Source of the DNA: Chrysomallon squamiferum
Lineage: Eukaryota > Animalia > Mollusca
Reading direction: 5' to 3'
Assembly (NCBI GenBank): GCA_012295275.1
Contig: CM022669.1
Span: forward strand, 13,330,001-13,394,000
Length of the DNA stretch: 64,000 bases
Each line of letters begins with the position of its first letter. Position 1 is the stretch's first letter. Under the pieces are notes generated by a model. The model was not told the DNA's origin. It saw only the letters and a program-made list of their open reading frames with translations, and did not search any database. Positions 27,811 through 44,870 of this stretch are shown here, piece after piece. A program made the translations under genes and the position numbers.

Positions 27811-27984
27811 AAACAAAACAAAACACACACACACAAAAATAATTTCTCCGTTACTACTACCAACAGCAGCGACAACAACAATAACTAAACAACAGTAATA
27901 ATAGACAAAATAAATAATTTCTCGATATTTTTCCTTTTTTCAGACGAGCACGAAATTTACCTTCCACCAGTCATTCCACAGTGA
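24510..27984 (+). CDS. Secreted triple von Willebrand factor A domain protein (matrilin/collagen VI-like), ~632 aa
   Basis: Exons 24510-24542, 24792-25401, 25811-25876, 26243-26854, 27111-27647 and 27944-27984 (1899 nt). Signal peptide MKIVWIISVALVFLTQTSLS. vWA1 ADIVFVLDTSTS..GNTNT..TDG, a Ser/Thr linker exon, vWA2 ADVYFLLDSSAS..GGTNT..TDG, and a degenerate vWA3 (VMFVFDSFAMG). No collagen repeat or TM segment. Confidence 0.9.
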
Positions 27985-29754
27985 GATTTGAAAACGGAAT
28001 GAAAACTGAAGATGACATATAATTTTATATTTAATTTACATAAACGTACAAAAGTCTGATTTGAAAAACGTGTTGTGCTAATGATAATGTAAATCATTTC
28101 CGTCTAACAGCTAATTATTTCGTGTTAACATTATACCACAGAACTCTGAACAAAATAATTATCGATTTATATTTTAATATTCTTGAGTGAAATTTTATAT
28201 TGATAACCTCTGGAAGCAGAAAATGGATTTTTCATATATATATATGAATGTATTGTATAGCCCTTTGCAGGATAATACTGATATCATAGGACAATGTGCA
28301 ATGAATGTGTGCAATTATGTTATTTTAAATGTATTGTACCGTGACAAGATATAAAAACTGTGATATATGTTGTTTGATTATACAATATTTTGATCAAATA
28401 AAAATTTTGAATTTTATTACTCGTTTTTGTTTTATTAATCTCATAAAATGATGAGTTTTATGTCTGATATTTATAAAACAAATTTCATACTTACACTTAA
28501 AGTGGTTTAAATAAAACGATTTATTAAGTTAATCGCGAAAGTTAATTTCAGTAAAGAGGAGATGACAGAAAACAAAACTATAATTTTTGTGCCAAAGGAA
28601 CTTCACGAGTAGCAGAGTTTAAATTTCTATTCAGACTGAGTCGATGCAAACACTCACATTTATTCTCGTTTTAAAGCCTAACACCATCTCTTATAACAAT
28701 TTATACAGTATCTCTTTTATTAATTTAATTTAATTTAATTCGATTTAATTTAATTTAGTATTTATATCTAAATATCTTTATACTCTTTAACACAATTATA
28801 TAACGTTATTATATACGACTTTACCAACTATAATGTTATTTATTTTATTTTTAAAATACTTTTAAAACTGTATACATTACATGCTCAGTTTTCAGACTTG
28901 ATTTATTCTAATTTCACCAATAATTTTAAGTAAATAAGATTTAATAATTTATATATATATATATCTGTTCTGTTATCGTGCATTACTGTTTGTCGTATCC
29001 GAAAATGACCTGAAAGGTTTCTGAACCCTAGCAATAGACTACAATGCTTTTAAAACAAGAGTTAGAATGTTGACTCTGAGCGTCTGTTATCAACTTCATT
29101 AATCAGGTATACACATCAGTGAATGATCTTGTTAGATGTTAAACGCAAATAATATTTTATTATTCAGATAAAAACACACACACACACAAAAAAAAAAACA
29201 GAAAAAAAAAAATTAAACAAATAAAAAATAAAATAAAAACAAGAAAGTCTAACCAAAGCAAACAAAAAATAGAACCTTACACAGAAAAATTAAAAGCTTT
29301 TAGATTTATACACGCAGTATAAATAGTATTTAATGGCCTAAAGATAATATTTATTAAAATGTTTTGAGTATTTCTGTCAACGTTTTCCATTGTCGTAAAC
29401 TTTCACTCTATGATGTGGATAGTTACATTTCGTTCTAGAGACAAACGCTTATCTGAAGATCTAACCAAATCCATTAAGAACGTTTCTCGCCGAATACCGT
29501 GCAGAGGATCCAAACAAAAACGTGAACAAATGCGTATTATTTTCACTGAATTAACTGGAAAGAAAAGATATATTAGTACTCACACTGAGTTCTGTTTATT
29601 TTAAGGTCAGTTGTAATTAAAATGTCATGCAAAGCATGATTCAGAAAATAGATCACCCGACGGTGAAAGAAATTGATTATTGTCGTAAATAACGTCAATA
29701 AATCTATTGTTCTTGATATAAAGCTGGTAATGTGTTGACGTTTGTGTTTGGTAA

Positions 29755-33555
<3,801 letters not shown>

Positions 33556-34205
33556 TTATGACGCGGTATTGTTAAAACGTATCATTTCTGTGCTCTACGT
33601 TTTGGTTCTGTACAAATAAACAACCGAATATTTGACTTAAATCAAGATTTACACCACTATTTTAAGAAGCTCGAAGTGTTCAATCGAATTAGCCGGGCTC
33701 AAAATGATGTAAATATTTAATTCAACTTCCCGCTTTCAGGTAATTAAAAAAGTTCCAAATTAACGAATAAACGTCTAGCAAATTGTGACAGATAACAGTA
33801 AATTGGTTATATACGCAAATTTCGACTCTTTCGTTTTCATGGTGTAGAAAATTTAATTTGAACTGATTGCCAACGTTAATAAATTTCTTGACCTAGACAT
33901 TTTTAACTTTCCATAACACATCGTGTACATAAATGGTCACTTTAGAAATTTTGTTTCGTGAATGAATGAGTGACCTTTGAATGTGTAATGCCAAAAAGTC
34001 ATAAACACTTTTCCACAGACATGGCCGTGCATTCCATTACTTCTGACGCATCGATTATGGTGCAGTGAACAGAACACAAAACAGCCCACTGTGCACTGAA
34101 AATGATTTTGTACAAAAATGTTGCTTTACCATTGATGTTGTTGTCGTCACTCATGTTATTGCAGCTATTGCATTTATTGTTGTTGCTATTATCACTGCTA
34201 CTGTC

Positions 34206-34253
<48 letters not shown>

Positions 34254-34254
34254 T

Positions 34255-34289
<35 letters not shown>

Positions 34290-34739
34290 TTCATTCAATA
34301 ATTTGAAATTAAAGCATATCTCACTGCTATCTGGATATGAGAAGACATCTTTATTTCTATATTTTAAATTTCTTTCTTTCTTTCTTTCTTCCTTTCTTTC
34401 GACAAAGCCATAAAGGAAATTATTCGTTGGAGTATTAAGCAATGATATTTTCCATATAAATCACACAAATTAAAAGGGTTTGTCGACTGTGTTTTTCTCT
34501 TCTTTTTTCTTTCCTTTTTTCTCCTCTCTATTTGTAGCAAAAACATAAAAAAATTCGCTATTTAAATTTGATAATACGTATAATTATAATAATACTGGAG
34601 AAATGTCACAGAGCCTAGTCTTGTCAAAATTATACACTTTCGGGGAAAAAAGCAACATAGTTAGGCATTGGTTGGAATAGAATGCAGCCCGAATGTTACT
34701 TCTAATTAGTGTAGTGATATATACTTTTGCCGCTTTTGC

Positions 34740-34941
34740 AACTATTCTACTACTACTACTACTACTACACCACTACTACCACCACCACTATTACTACTGC
34801 TACTATACAACTACAATTACTACTGTTTTACTGCTACAACAACAACAACAACAACAAGTACCACTACTACTACTACTACCATATAACTACAATTACTATT
34901 GCTCTTTTACAACACCACTACTACTACTACTACTACTACTT

Positions 34942-34998
<57 letters not shown>

Positions 34999-35075
34999 TC
35001 ACTAATACCACACTAATACCAATTACTACTGCTCTTTTACAACACTACTACTACTACTACTACTACCACTACAGT
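34740..35075. repeat. (CTA)n compound trinucleotide microsatellite
   Basis: Directly visible; includes a duplicated CAATTACTA.TGCTCTTTTACAACAC segment. Confidence 0.9.
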
Positions 35076-35193
35076 TACTATTACCGGAAATCGTGTTTAA
35101 CGGATGACACTGACTTGAATACGTAACAGGTTTAACTGAACGAATCGGATCGAAATCGTAAATGTTAGAAATTAAAGAAACGTGACTCTAGGA

Positions 35194-35509
35194 CAGGGGT
35201 GCGCAACCTGCGTCCGTGGGGGGTGGGGGCGGGGCGGAATGTCGCCTCATCACATTTAACGTCTCGTTTGAAATATAACAGGCTGCGTGTTTAACGTCTC
35301 GTTTGAAATATAATTCAAGGTTGTGTGTCAGTATAAAACACTTTAATGGGAATCGTACAACCATTGAAATATGTAAATGAATTTTTCCTTTTTTAAGTCA
35401 CAGAGGTTCATTAATTATATATGTTACGTTTGATTTTACGTAATAAAGAACTACGGCCTGTGAAGATAAGAACTACGGCCTGTAAGATCAGAAAGTCTGC
35501 GCATGCCTG
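35194..35509. mobile_element. Non-autonomous hAT (Charlie-like) DNA transposon / MITE, 316 bp
   Basis: Imperfect TIRs CAGGGGTGCGCAAC ... GTCTGCGCATGCCTG. 8-bp target site duplication CTCTAGGA (35186-35193) / CTCTAGCA (35510-35517), close to the nTCTAGAn preference of Charlie elements. Subterminal TACGGCCTGT repeats. Confidence 0.75.
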
Positions 35510-35954
35510 CTCTAGCATGACAGAAAAAATAACTGATTGTATCTACAAAGTGTGAGTAATGTAATTTAAATACTTCCATGTCTCGTTGATCACCAATCTT
35601 TGTTAATCATAAAGTAAATGTAGTACTATAAATTTTAATTTAGAATTTATTTCACGACTTTTATACGGAAATATAAAACGATTTGATTCACTAACTGCAA
35701 AGATAGTTTGACAGTATTTAGCTAGGCTATCAAATTTCATTTACGTTTGTGTACGATATGACATCACAAAGAAGGAAAATGTCTGTCTCCATATTATTAT
35801 TATTTTTTTATTTGACAAACACTAGAAATTTATTAAAAGTAACACCAACAACTAGAAGTATTTCATGTACATGTATATGAATGTGATGATAATTTATATT
35901 AAAAAAAAAAGAGAAAAATTAAAATAACAAATTTGATTATTTACGTTTTATTAA

Positions 35955-35997
<43 letters not shown>

Positions 35998-35999
35998 TT

Positions 36000-36031
<32 letters not shown>

Positions 36032-36407
36032 GACGCCGACGATGACAAAGTGACTTCAACACCACACCCTCATGAAAACGTAAGACAACACGAGTTGTCT
36101 CCTCTTCGCTGATATTAAAGGTGTCTTTGAAATAGTTGATTTTAATACACATTTTGTTTAAATATTCGATATAAAAACCCAAATCCTGTTTTAAGATATC
36201 TTGAACATTATAACTAATATACTCTACACCTCATAAGCACGTCGAAAGATTAAAATTCACTTTATTTCTAATTTCTTTTTAAATGTGTAGATTTGGAAAA
36301 CAATATGTACAATTTCGATTAATAGCTTAGGAATGGTTGAAAATCGTTTCTGCTATGCAAACAAAAAACAAATGTATACGCAGAATATTGTTATTATTGT
36401 TAAGTTG

Positions 36408-36443
<36 letters not shown>

Positions 36444-36844
36444 ATACATATTTAAAAAATGCCATTCTGAAAAGTAGAAAATGGCGAAATGAACTGGTGA
36501 CGTCATTCATACCAGTAATTTGTACACGTATCTGCGTAAAATGGAACTATGATAGCAGACGATACAAAAGTGTTCTTCCTGATAATAACAGACATTAGGA
36601 AAATGTAAAGTATTTTCTTCCTTCCTCTGGGCATTGCGTACAATGGCTGCATTTTTGTTCTCGTTTTTAATCTTGTTGTCTTGAAAATAGATCACACTAT
36701 TATAGAGATCGTGTGGTCGTTTTTTCTTGTGAACACGTAATAGTTATTTTATCTTTGGCATGAAGTGACAGTTGCATAACTAAGATCGATCGAGAGCTCT
36801 GTAACATTAGCCACAAAAAAAAAAAAAAATAAATAGTAGAAGTA

Positions 36845-37650
36845 TATCTGATCCTGTAAACTGTCGTATTGACAATATACCAGATCCTGTAAACTGTTTG
36901 TATTGACAATATACCAGATCCTGTAAACTGTTTGTTTTGATAATATACCAGATCCTGTAAACTGTCGTATTGACAATATACCAGATCCTGTAAACTGTAC
37001 ATATGACAATATACCATATCCTGTAAACTGTCGTATTGACAATATACCATATCCTGTAAACTGTTCGTATTGACAGTATACCAGATCCTGTAAACTGTTT
37101 GTATTGACAATATACCAGATCCTGTAAACTGTTTGTATTGACAATATACCAGATCCTGTAAACTGTCGTATTGACAATATACCAGATCCTGTAAACTGTT
37201 CGTATTGACAATATACCCGATCCTGTAACCTGTACGTATTGACAATATACCCGATCCTGTTAATGTACGTACTGGCAATATACCAGATTCTGTAAACTGT
37301 TTGTATTGAAAAATACCATATCCTGTAAACTGTCGTATTGACAATATACGAGATCCTGTAAACTGTTCGTACTGACAATATACCAGATCCTGTAAACTTT
37401 ACATATGACAATATACCAAATCCTCTAAACTGTTCGTATCGACAATATACCAAATCCTGTAAACTGTTCGTATTGACAATATACCAAATCCTGTAAACTT
37501 TACGTAATGACAATACACCGGCTGCTATATATTATAGGTACTGACAATATAGCAGATCCTGTAATTTTACATACTGTCGGTATACCACCAGTTCGCGTAA
37601 ACTGTACAAACTGGCAGTAGCATTACACCAGATCCTGTAACCTGTACATA
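36845..37650. repeat. 32-33 bp minisatellite, ~21 good copies plus degenerate flanking units
   Basis: Unit GACAATATACCAGATCCTGTAAACTGT(T)CGTATT repeated in tandem. Confidence 0.95.
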
Positions 37651-37759
37651 CGGACAAAAGCACTAAACTATTAAGGCGTAAAAATATACTTAGATTCCAG
37701 CTAGTTTGACTAAGTATATAAATATGTTAGCAAGTAACTGAAAGCACCAAGGAGGTCAT

Positions 37760-38908
37760 CTACACATTTGTTTCGTTTGTGCTTCCATTAGTACCGTTTT
37801 CCATTTTAGCCACAGCGACGTAGTACTTGAAATTTCCGCTTCGTTTCTCCTGCCGTTCTTGCTTGCAGCCACAACAGCGTGTGACGTCAAATATGGACAC
37901 CACTCGGTCTCGGAAATGTTTGCCCGTGATGGCGTATATAAAGAAATAACAGGCAGAGTTTGACAAGGTTATCTCTTCGACGATTTTTCTCACGGTGTGA
38001 TAAATGAAATATCTTTGCCAGCCTGGATCCGTTTTGATTTCCTCCACAGACAAGTAGGGATCTCCGAAGAACAAATTCTGCAAGGAGTAAACCAGCGTCG
38101 CTGGCAGCCAAGTGCAAATCAAATAGAAGGAAACCGTCAATAACGTTACCGTCGACGCCATGGGCGATCCGCTTCCGCTTCCGGGCTGCATGTAAGCCGG
38201 TCCGCGATTGGTCAGAGACTTGATTTCGTAAATAACGAGGATATTGAAGAAAAGCGCCGATAACGGCACGATGCCGAACATCAGGAGTTCTGTAATCCAC
38301 GTCCAGATTATAACGAAGCTGGCTTGCCCGCCTCTCGTGACGTCGTCGCGGTAGTTGCAGGATTCGTAGACTGGATCGAACGTCCACAGGTAAGCCTGCA
38401 TTAATCCCAGGCTCGCGGAGAACGCGAACAAAGAGCAGACGACGATAATGGCGCGCCTGACGGTGCAGAACTGTTCTTTCTTGAACGGATGGCAGACGGC
38501 TATGTAGCGTTCTACCGTAAATCCCAGGATCAACAGCGGCGCCAGGTACTGAGGCACGTAGTAGAACGCGTAGAATACTTCGCACGAAACCTTCTTGTTG
38601 TACGTTTTAATCCCCCAAGCAATGTTCAGCTCGACGAAGATGTGAAGAATCAAAAATATGAAGTGCGATATAGACAGGGCTCCGAGGTATATGGCTGACG
38701 AGTTATTGCGCCTCGTTTTTTTGCTGAGCCAGATGTAAGCGGAGAGGGGATTACTCGACAGGCCGATGACGTAGAAAACAGGCGAGATGGACCGGTCAAT
38801 GGTTATAGATGCTGGAGCGAAAGTCTCGTGAAATCTCACGTTGTCCGCGAGAAGATTGTCAGAGGAGACATTGGGTGCCACTGTAAGACTCTGCGAGAAG
38901 TTCATCAT
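37760..38908 (-). CDS. Class A (rhodopsin-like) GPCR, FMRFamide/sex-peptide/GPR139-like orphan group, 382 aa, single coding exon
   Basis: Seven hydrophobic segments, N-terminal sequons (NFS, NVS), TM3 FTVERYIAVCHPF, Cys at the top of TM3 and in ECL2, TM5 GIVP, TM6 CTWLP, helix 8 GKHFRD and C-tail CCGC. The splice acceptor tatttcag lies 1 nt before the ATG, so non-coding 5' exon(s) lie further right. Confidence 0.92.
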   Translation of the reverse strand: MMNFSQSLTVAPNVSSDNLLADNVRFHETFAPASITIDRSISPVFYVIGLSSNPLSAYIWLSKKTRRNNSSAIYLGALSISHFIFLILHIFVELNIAWGIKTYNKKVSCEVFYAFYYVPQYLAPLLILGFTVERYIAVCHPFKKEQFCTVRRAIIVVCSLFAFSASLGLMQAYLWTFDPVYESCNYRDDVTRGGQASFVIIWTWITELLMFGIVPLSALFFNILVIYEIKSLTNRGPAYMQPGSGSGSPMASTVTLLTVSFYLICTWLPATLVYSLQNLFFGDPYLSVEEIKTDPGWQRYFIYHTVRKIVEEITLSNSACYFFIYAITGKHFRDRVVSIFDVTRCCGCKQERQEKRSGNFKYYVAVAKMENGTNGSTNETNV

Positions 38909-39337
38909 TCTGAAATAATAATAATAATAATAATAACAATAATAATGATAATGATAATAACAACATCAACAACAACACCAATAACAACAACGTTACAATA
39001 ATGATTATAAAACCAGCAAGAAAAATAACGAAAACAAGTATTGAAATAATGTTAACATCCTGTAACATATTAAGAATAATATAAATTAATAATAATTTAT
39101 TTTATTGTTATATCGAAGACAAAAATTAACAAAAGAATTTGCAGAGATGGGAAATAACTGAAAACAGAAAGGATCGTGTCGTCCTGGTTTACAATTTAGA
39201 GTTCTATAGCCAGATCAAATCAGTGTCAGAGAAGGAGGAATGGCTAAAACAATATTACGTATATATCACATTAAGACGCCTCTCTTTCTTTGTATATAGC
39301 TCTTGCTCTTTCTCTGTCTTTTGCTTCTTCTTCTTCT

Positions 39338-39412
<75 letters not shown>

Positions 39413-40297
39413 GAAAATGACGAAGATACAAAAATATAGAGGAGGGACAAATACAGATAATGTATTTACCATTCCTTTCACCAGTAATCAATAATCATTT
39501 TGAAATTACAAAATCATTTTGAATATTGCTTTAATTTTACTTTGCACTTCCTTACCCTGCTCACGTGTACTAAAACTAAATATAATTTTCTTTTGAAAAA
39601 GTAAATATCATTAAAATCTTTTCATTCAGCTACGTAAGTCACAGTTCATGAGGACATTTCTGCACTTAAAAGAACAAAAAAAAAACAAAAAAAACAACAA
39701 AAAAAACATAAAAAAATAAAAAATAAAAAAACCAACAACAGAAAACCAAATTAATTCCAGGATAACTTTCCCCTTTCCAAACATGTTTGGCAAATTGGGC
39801 TATGATTCCCTTATCCGTAATACTTATGTAATATTACATATTCCCCAAAGATTGACTTTAGACATTGAACTAATACAAATTACAGTGTATCGCGAATTCC
39901 TGGGGAGAAGCTATTTTTCTTAATGTCAGAACACGAATGATGTATGACCCTAACAAACACGGATAATCCCGAATATTGTCTTGGAAAAGGAAAGTAATTA
40001 GGCAATGTTGTGCTTGGTATTTCGCATGTGACGATTCCAAAATAGAAGAATTCCTGTAGGAGTGAGATGTATTCTAAATTAGACAGATAAATGTGCACTG
40101 TGAAAGCAGAAAAAAGAGAACGGAAAAATATACAGAGAAAGGAACCTACCTAAACATCTACATGCCTACAGACATATACAGACACACGTACAAATACGTA
40201 TACAGAGACACGCACAAATACATACCCTCTTGCACACACACACACACACATATATATCAGTGTGTGTGTTTATGTTTGTATGATTATACACATATAA

Positions 40298-40417
<120 letters not shown>

Positions 40418-41989
40418 CTACGGTGGTATTATGCATCTGATAGTCTGGCAGTAACTGACATTAGAGAATTACATAAATAAACTGCCTGAGTATCAGCTAG
40501 TAAGGAGTGAAATTTTATACTCTGTCATATCTGATTTTTTTATTTCACTAACCAACTTAGGATCTGGGATTTCAAGATCGACAGCAGCTCTAAATCTGCT
40601 AATAATAGATGTAGTACTTTTCACTCGTTCACTCTTTCTTATATTTCTTTCTTACCCTTTTCACAAATTATATTACAAATGATCCTACCAGAGGTTTTTT
40701 TTATATTAGAAACTATCAAACAAGCAAAAACACACATACTAAACGCGGGGGCCCAGAACTGTAATGAATAATTGGCTGATTACACAGCGGTTATCATAGA
40801 CGCGGTACAAAAAATAAAAAATTGGTTGAGGATAGTAATTTGAAATGTGAAACACATCACGCGTCCTGGAAATGAAAATTTACATTTCTAAATAAGCGGG
40901 CCTGTGATGTTTGAAATTCATACCGTTTGACGATTAGCCAGTGAAGTACAAACAGCTGGTCCAATTGATTTCGTGTGATATTAAACATCCGTCTGATCTG
41001 TGACTGAGGAAAAAGAGCAAACTTCCATTACTTAGATTGGCAAGATCGTAATGGATTCAGTAAGCGACCATCCCAGAATTTAGACCCATAATAAACGTGC
41101 ATGAGCCTAAAAATAGTAATTTGATGTTTATGTTATTATAAGTTCATCTGATTACATGAAACAAGTTTTCTATATATTTTTTTTTAAACTTTTTTTTCTC
41201 AAAGTTATTTTATCGTTTTAAAGTATACTTCAGGCAATACGAAGAAAAGGTATAAAATATATTCTCAATACCTCCAAGTTATTTTTTATTCGTTAGTAAC
41301 TGCATTTATTCAAATTTTCATTATTTTGGTAATAGGTCACACACTTTATTAAATATAAATATCCTCACTATCACTTAGAATAAAAGAAACAGACGAAAAA
41401 AACATGTTTTACCATCATCTTATAAACTGAGGTAAATAGTGTATGTATTTCTTTCCATTATTATTATTATTATTATTATTACCATAAACGAATTACCATA
41501 AATGCCTTGTTAACATGTCTTCAAAAAATCAAGAATATAAAAAACATAAAAAATACAATCTATTATAAAGTTGCTCATGCCAAAAAAAAAAAAAAAAAAA
41601 AGTATGTTACATACTGCGGCTACAAGAAGCAGAAGAAAAGAGCAGTACTATTAAAGATTAAGATGTTATCTCCTGTACAATATAGAGCGATGTCATTTTT
41701 TAATATCAAATGTGAAAATACGAATTTGTCATATCAACATTCATGTGTATATATATCATTCTGTCATTTCAATTTTATTTTTCCTATATATGGCATTCAA
41801 TACAGATTTTATCGATCAACTGTCAGTTTTAATGATCTAGTAGAGCAAGAATTTACGATTTTACTTTATCTGATGTCGACATTAACAAGAAGTTAACATA
41901 CTGATTTCTAATTTCATTTTAAAATAGTTTAACTCGCTTGCGATAAAAAGTTCATTTCAGTATTAACATCACGTAAGTGTATTGCACTG

Positions 41990-42680
41990 TAGTTTAATTT
42001 TTAATTGAATTTGCTTAATCTGACATTTGATATAAAGTTACTGTCGACATTAAAGGACATTTGACACTTTGCTTTGTTATTTTGTTTTTGTGAGTCGTTT
42101 GATTCGTTTTCGATATAGAGTTAATTTCGATTTTAACGCATGTTGCACAGTAATTTTACATAACATTTGGCATTGAGTGGCTTTCGATGCGCAGTTACTG
42201 TCGACGTTAATACAGAGCTATCATACTATTTGTAATTTTAATTCAAAATCGCTAAACTCATTTAACTCGTTTTCGACACAGGGTTAATTTCGATATTGAC
42301 GTGTATTAGACTTTAATATATTAAATTTGTTTTGTATGACATGCGATATAGAGTTACTTTCGACTCAAAACACCCTGCACAATACATTATACTGAAATGA
42401 CACTGAAATTCGGAATTGAGTTTATTTGTCTCTTGATATAGATGTACTGTCGATAATAAGATCACATAAACATATCACATTTCAATATTATTTTGACTTC
42501 AGTTTATGCTAGATTCGATTTATCAGATTTTTGGTACAGAGTTACAGTGGAAAGTTAGCACAATCCTGTCGTGTTACATTTTAAATTTGTTTTCAATTCA
42601 GTTTATCTGCCTCTCGATACAGAGTTATTACACTTTAATTTCGTTTTGAATTCAATATTTATGTCTTTCAGTTTAGCGTT
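41990..42680. repeat. Old degenerate tandem repeat, period roughly 75-95 bp
   Basis: Recurring GATA(T/C)AGAGTTACTGTCGA-like motif near 42029, 42112, 42186, 42274, 42345, 42436, 42535 and 42616. Confidence 0.6.
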
Positions 42681-43388
42681 ACTGTCAACAGTAGGCAAGT
42701 ATATTAGATTTCGTACTCAGTTTTATACTAAACTGAATTTATCTGGCACTCGGAATATAGACCTGACAAGTAATCTGATGTATCAGATAATTAGAAAAGT
42801 ACTTCGCAACTGTATTTTTAATTCGTTCTGCCCGTACTCTCCAATTTAGAAGTGCTGTCGAAATTAATAGCCAGGACCGCGAGTCAGATATTCTGTTAAG
42901 ATTATCCAGCTTTCGCTGCATAGTTAATGCCCAACATTGTCTTATTAGTTTTGTAATTGTAGAAACTGTTCAGTGTGTATTGTAAATGAACTGTTAAAGC
43001 GTGTGGTAATGGTGATTGGTTTTGTCCTTCGATCAGTACGTGCTTTGGTCCTCTTATCCCTTGTTATTATAAAGAGAAAATAGAATAAATTGACAGCTAA
43101 TAAATCAGTGTTATGTACTCCGTTGTCACCGAAAAATCGTGTTTTTATAAAGACAAATATGAAACTCCCCCTGTCATATGAAACTAATACAGGTGAAAAT
43201 TAATAAAGAATAAAATAAAAATATTAGTTGAAATAGAGAAATAGGTTGAGAAATACTGATAGTCAAATAGCTAATTGATAGACAGGTAGAGAGATAGATA
43301 GACAAATATATATATATAAATCGTCTCTCTCTCTCTCTCTGAGTGTGTGTGTCTATGTGTGTATATATATATAGATATATATATATAT

Positions 43389-43482
<94 letters not shown>

Positions 43483-44307
43483 ACATTTATACACATATGG
43501 ATAGTCTTTTATAATATCAAAAATAAGAATTGTATCATTTTCTTTTTCTGCTAACGCATTACACAGTATAACACACCATTATGCATACATGATATCATAT
43601 AAAATATAACTAAAATATAACCAAAGCTAGTTTCCGATCTGTCCATCCAAATATTATTTTCTGTTCACAGATAAAGTTACATTAAGCACCCTAACATCCA
43701 TATTACTTTTATATTTAAAATGCAACCTTACCTCTAAGTGTTTTAAAACGTGTAAACAATCCGTTCACCGTAAAATCAGCATCGCTAACTGGAAAGTCTA
43801 CGGTTTATCATTCCCCGGCAATTTGTTAACATTATGACAATCTAATACCTCGTTAACAGAATATTAAGATAGTCGGACATAAAAATTGTCCCTTGTGTCA
43901 CAGAGGTCATCTGCAAATCGATACTAAGAAGGAGCATGCCACATTAACAACTCAGCAATTCAGCGAAATGACCTTATGGACATTAGACAGTGGGTAAATT
44001 GGAGTCACATTGCAGAGCTGAATTTTTAAGTCAGAATATAGACAAACAAATTTCCTTAAAGAAGCTATCGTAGTTGGTTTTTTTGGTAACAACGGTAAAT
44101 AATATGATCTGGAAGTTCAACAAAATAGTTAAACAGAAAAGAAAGTATGAACAAAAGCACTAAAATTACTAAAAAAAAAAAAAAATAATAATAATGATTT
44201 AAAACAATTAAACAGTAAATCAATAATGACAAATTTCCATTGAACATCTCACATTGAATCAAAACGTGACTTTAGAGTAAATAATAATAAATTAAAATAT
44301 GTACTTA

Positions 44308-44350
<43 letters not shown>

Positions 44351-44870
44351 ATGCATGCATGTATGTATGTATACACTGCATTTTATTAATTCTACACTCA
44401 AAAACCCACCAACCCAACCATCCATCCATCCATCCATCCATTCATCAGTCAATCCATCCTTCAATTCATCTATTTATCCCTGCATCAGTCTATCTCTTGT
44501 TATTTGTCTATCTATCTGTCTATTTATCTGTATGCTGTCAATTAGTTTGTTCGTCTGTCTAAATGTCTGTCCTTCTATTCTTCTCTGTCTACCGATTTAT
44601 TTGTTTTATTTTCACGCTGACCTCCAACAGTTACATAACACAAACAGCTCAGCCCATCCAGACACAAATGAAATATCTCATCTCATTGAGAACAACACTG
44701 GGATGGTAACGGGACTTACGTTACTGTTAGAGACTTGACAAAAATAAACACTTCCAGGTTCAACGGTTAATACCATAACACGACCTCCGCGTGTCTGGGA
44801 TCTTCAGGATTTTCCTGTCGGATGTCTGGGACCAATTACAGACAGATATCTCGCTGTCCTTTACCTCACC

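Noticed and set aside
36700-37513. 214-, 254- and 134-aa minus-strand ORFs
   Set aside because: By-products of the 32/33-bp minisatellite; the same peptides appear in all three frames.
37887-38585. 232-aa alternative-frame ORF inside the GPCR
   Set aside because: Expected from GC-rich codon usage; no recognisable domain.
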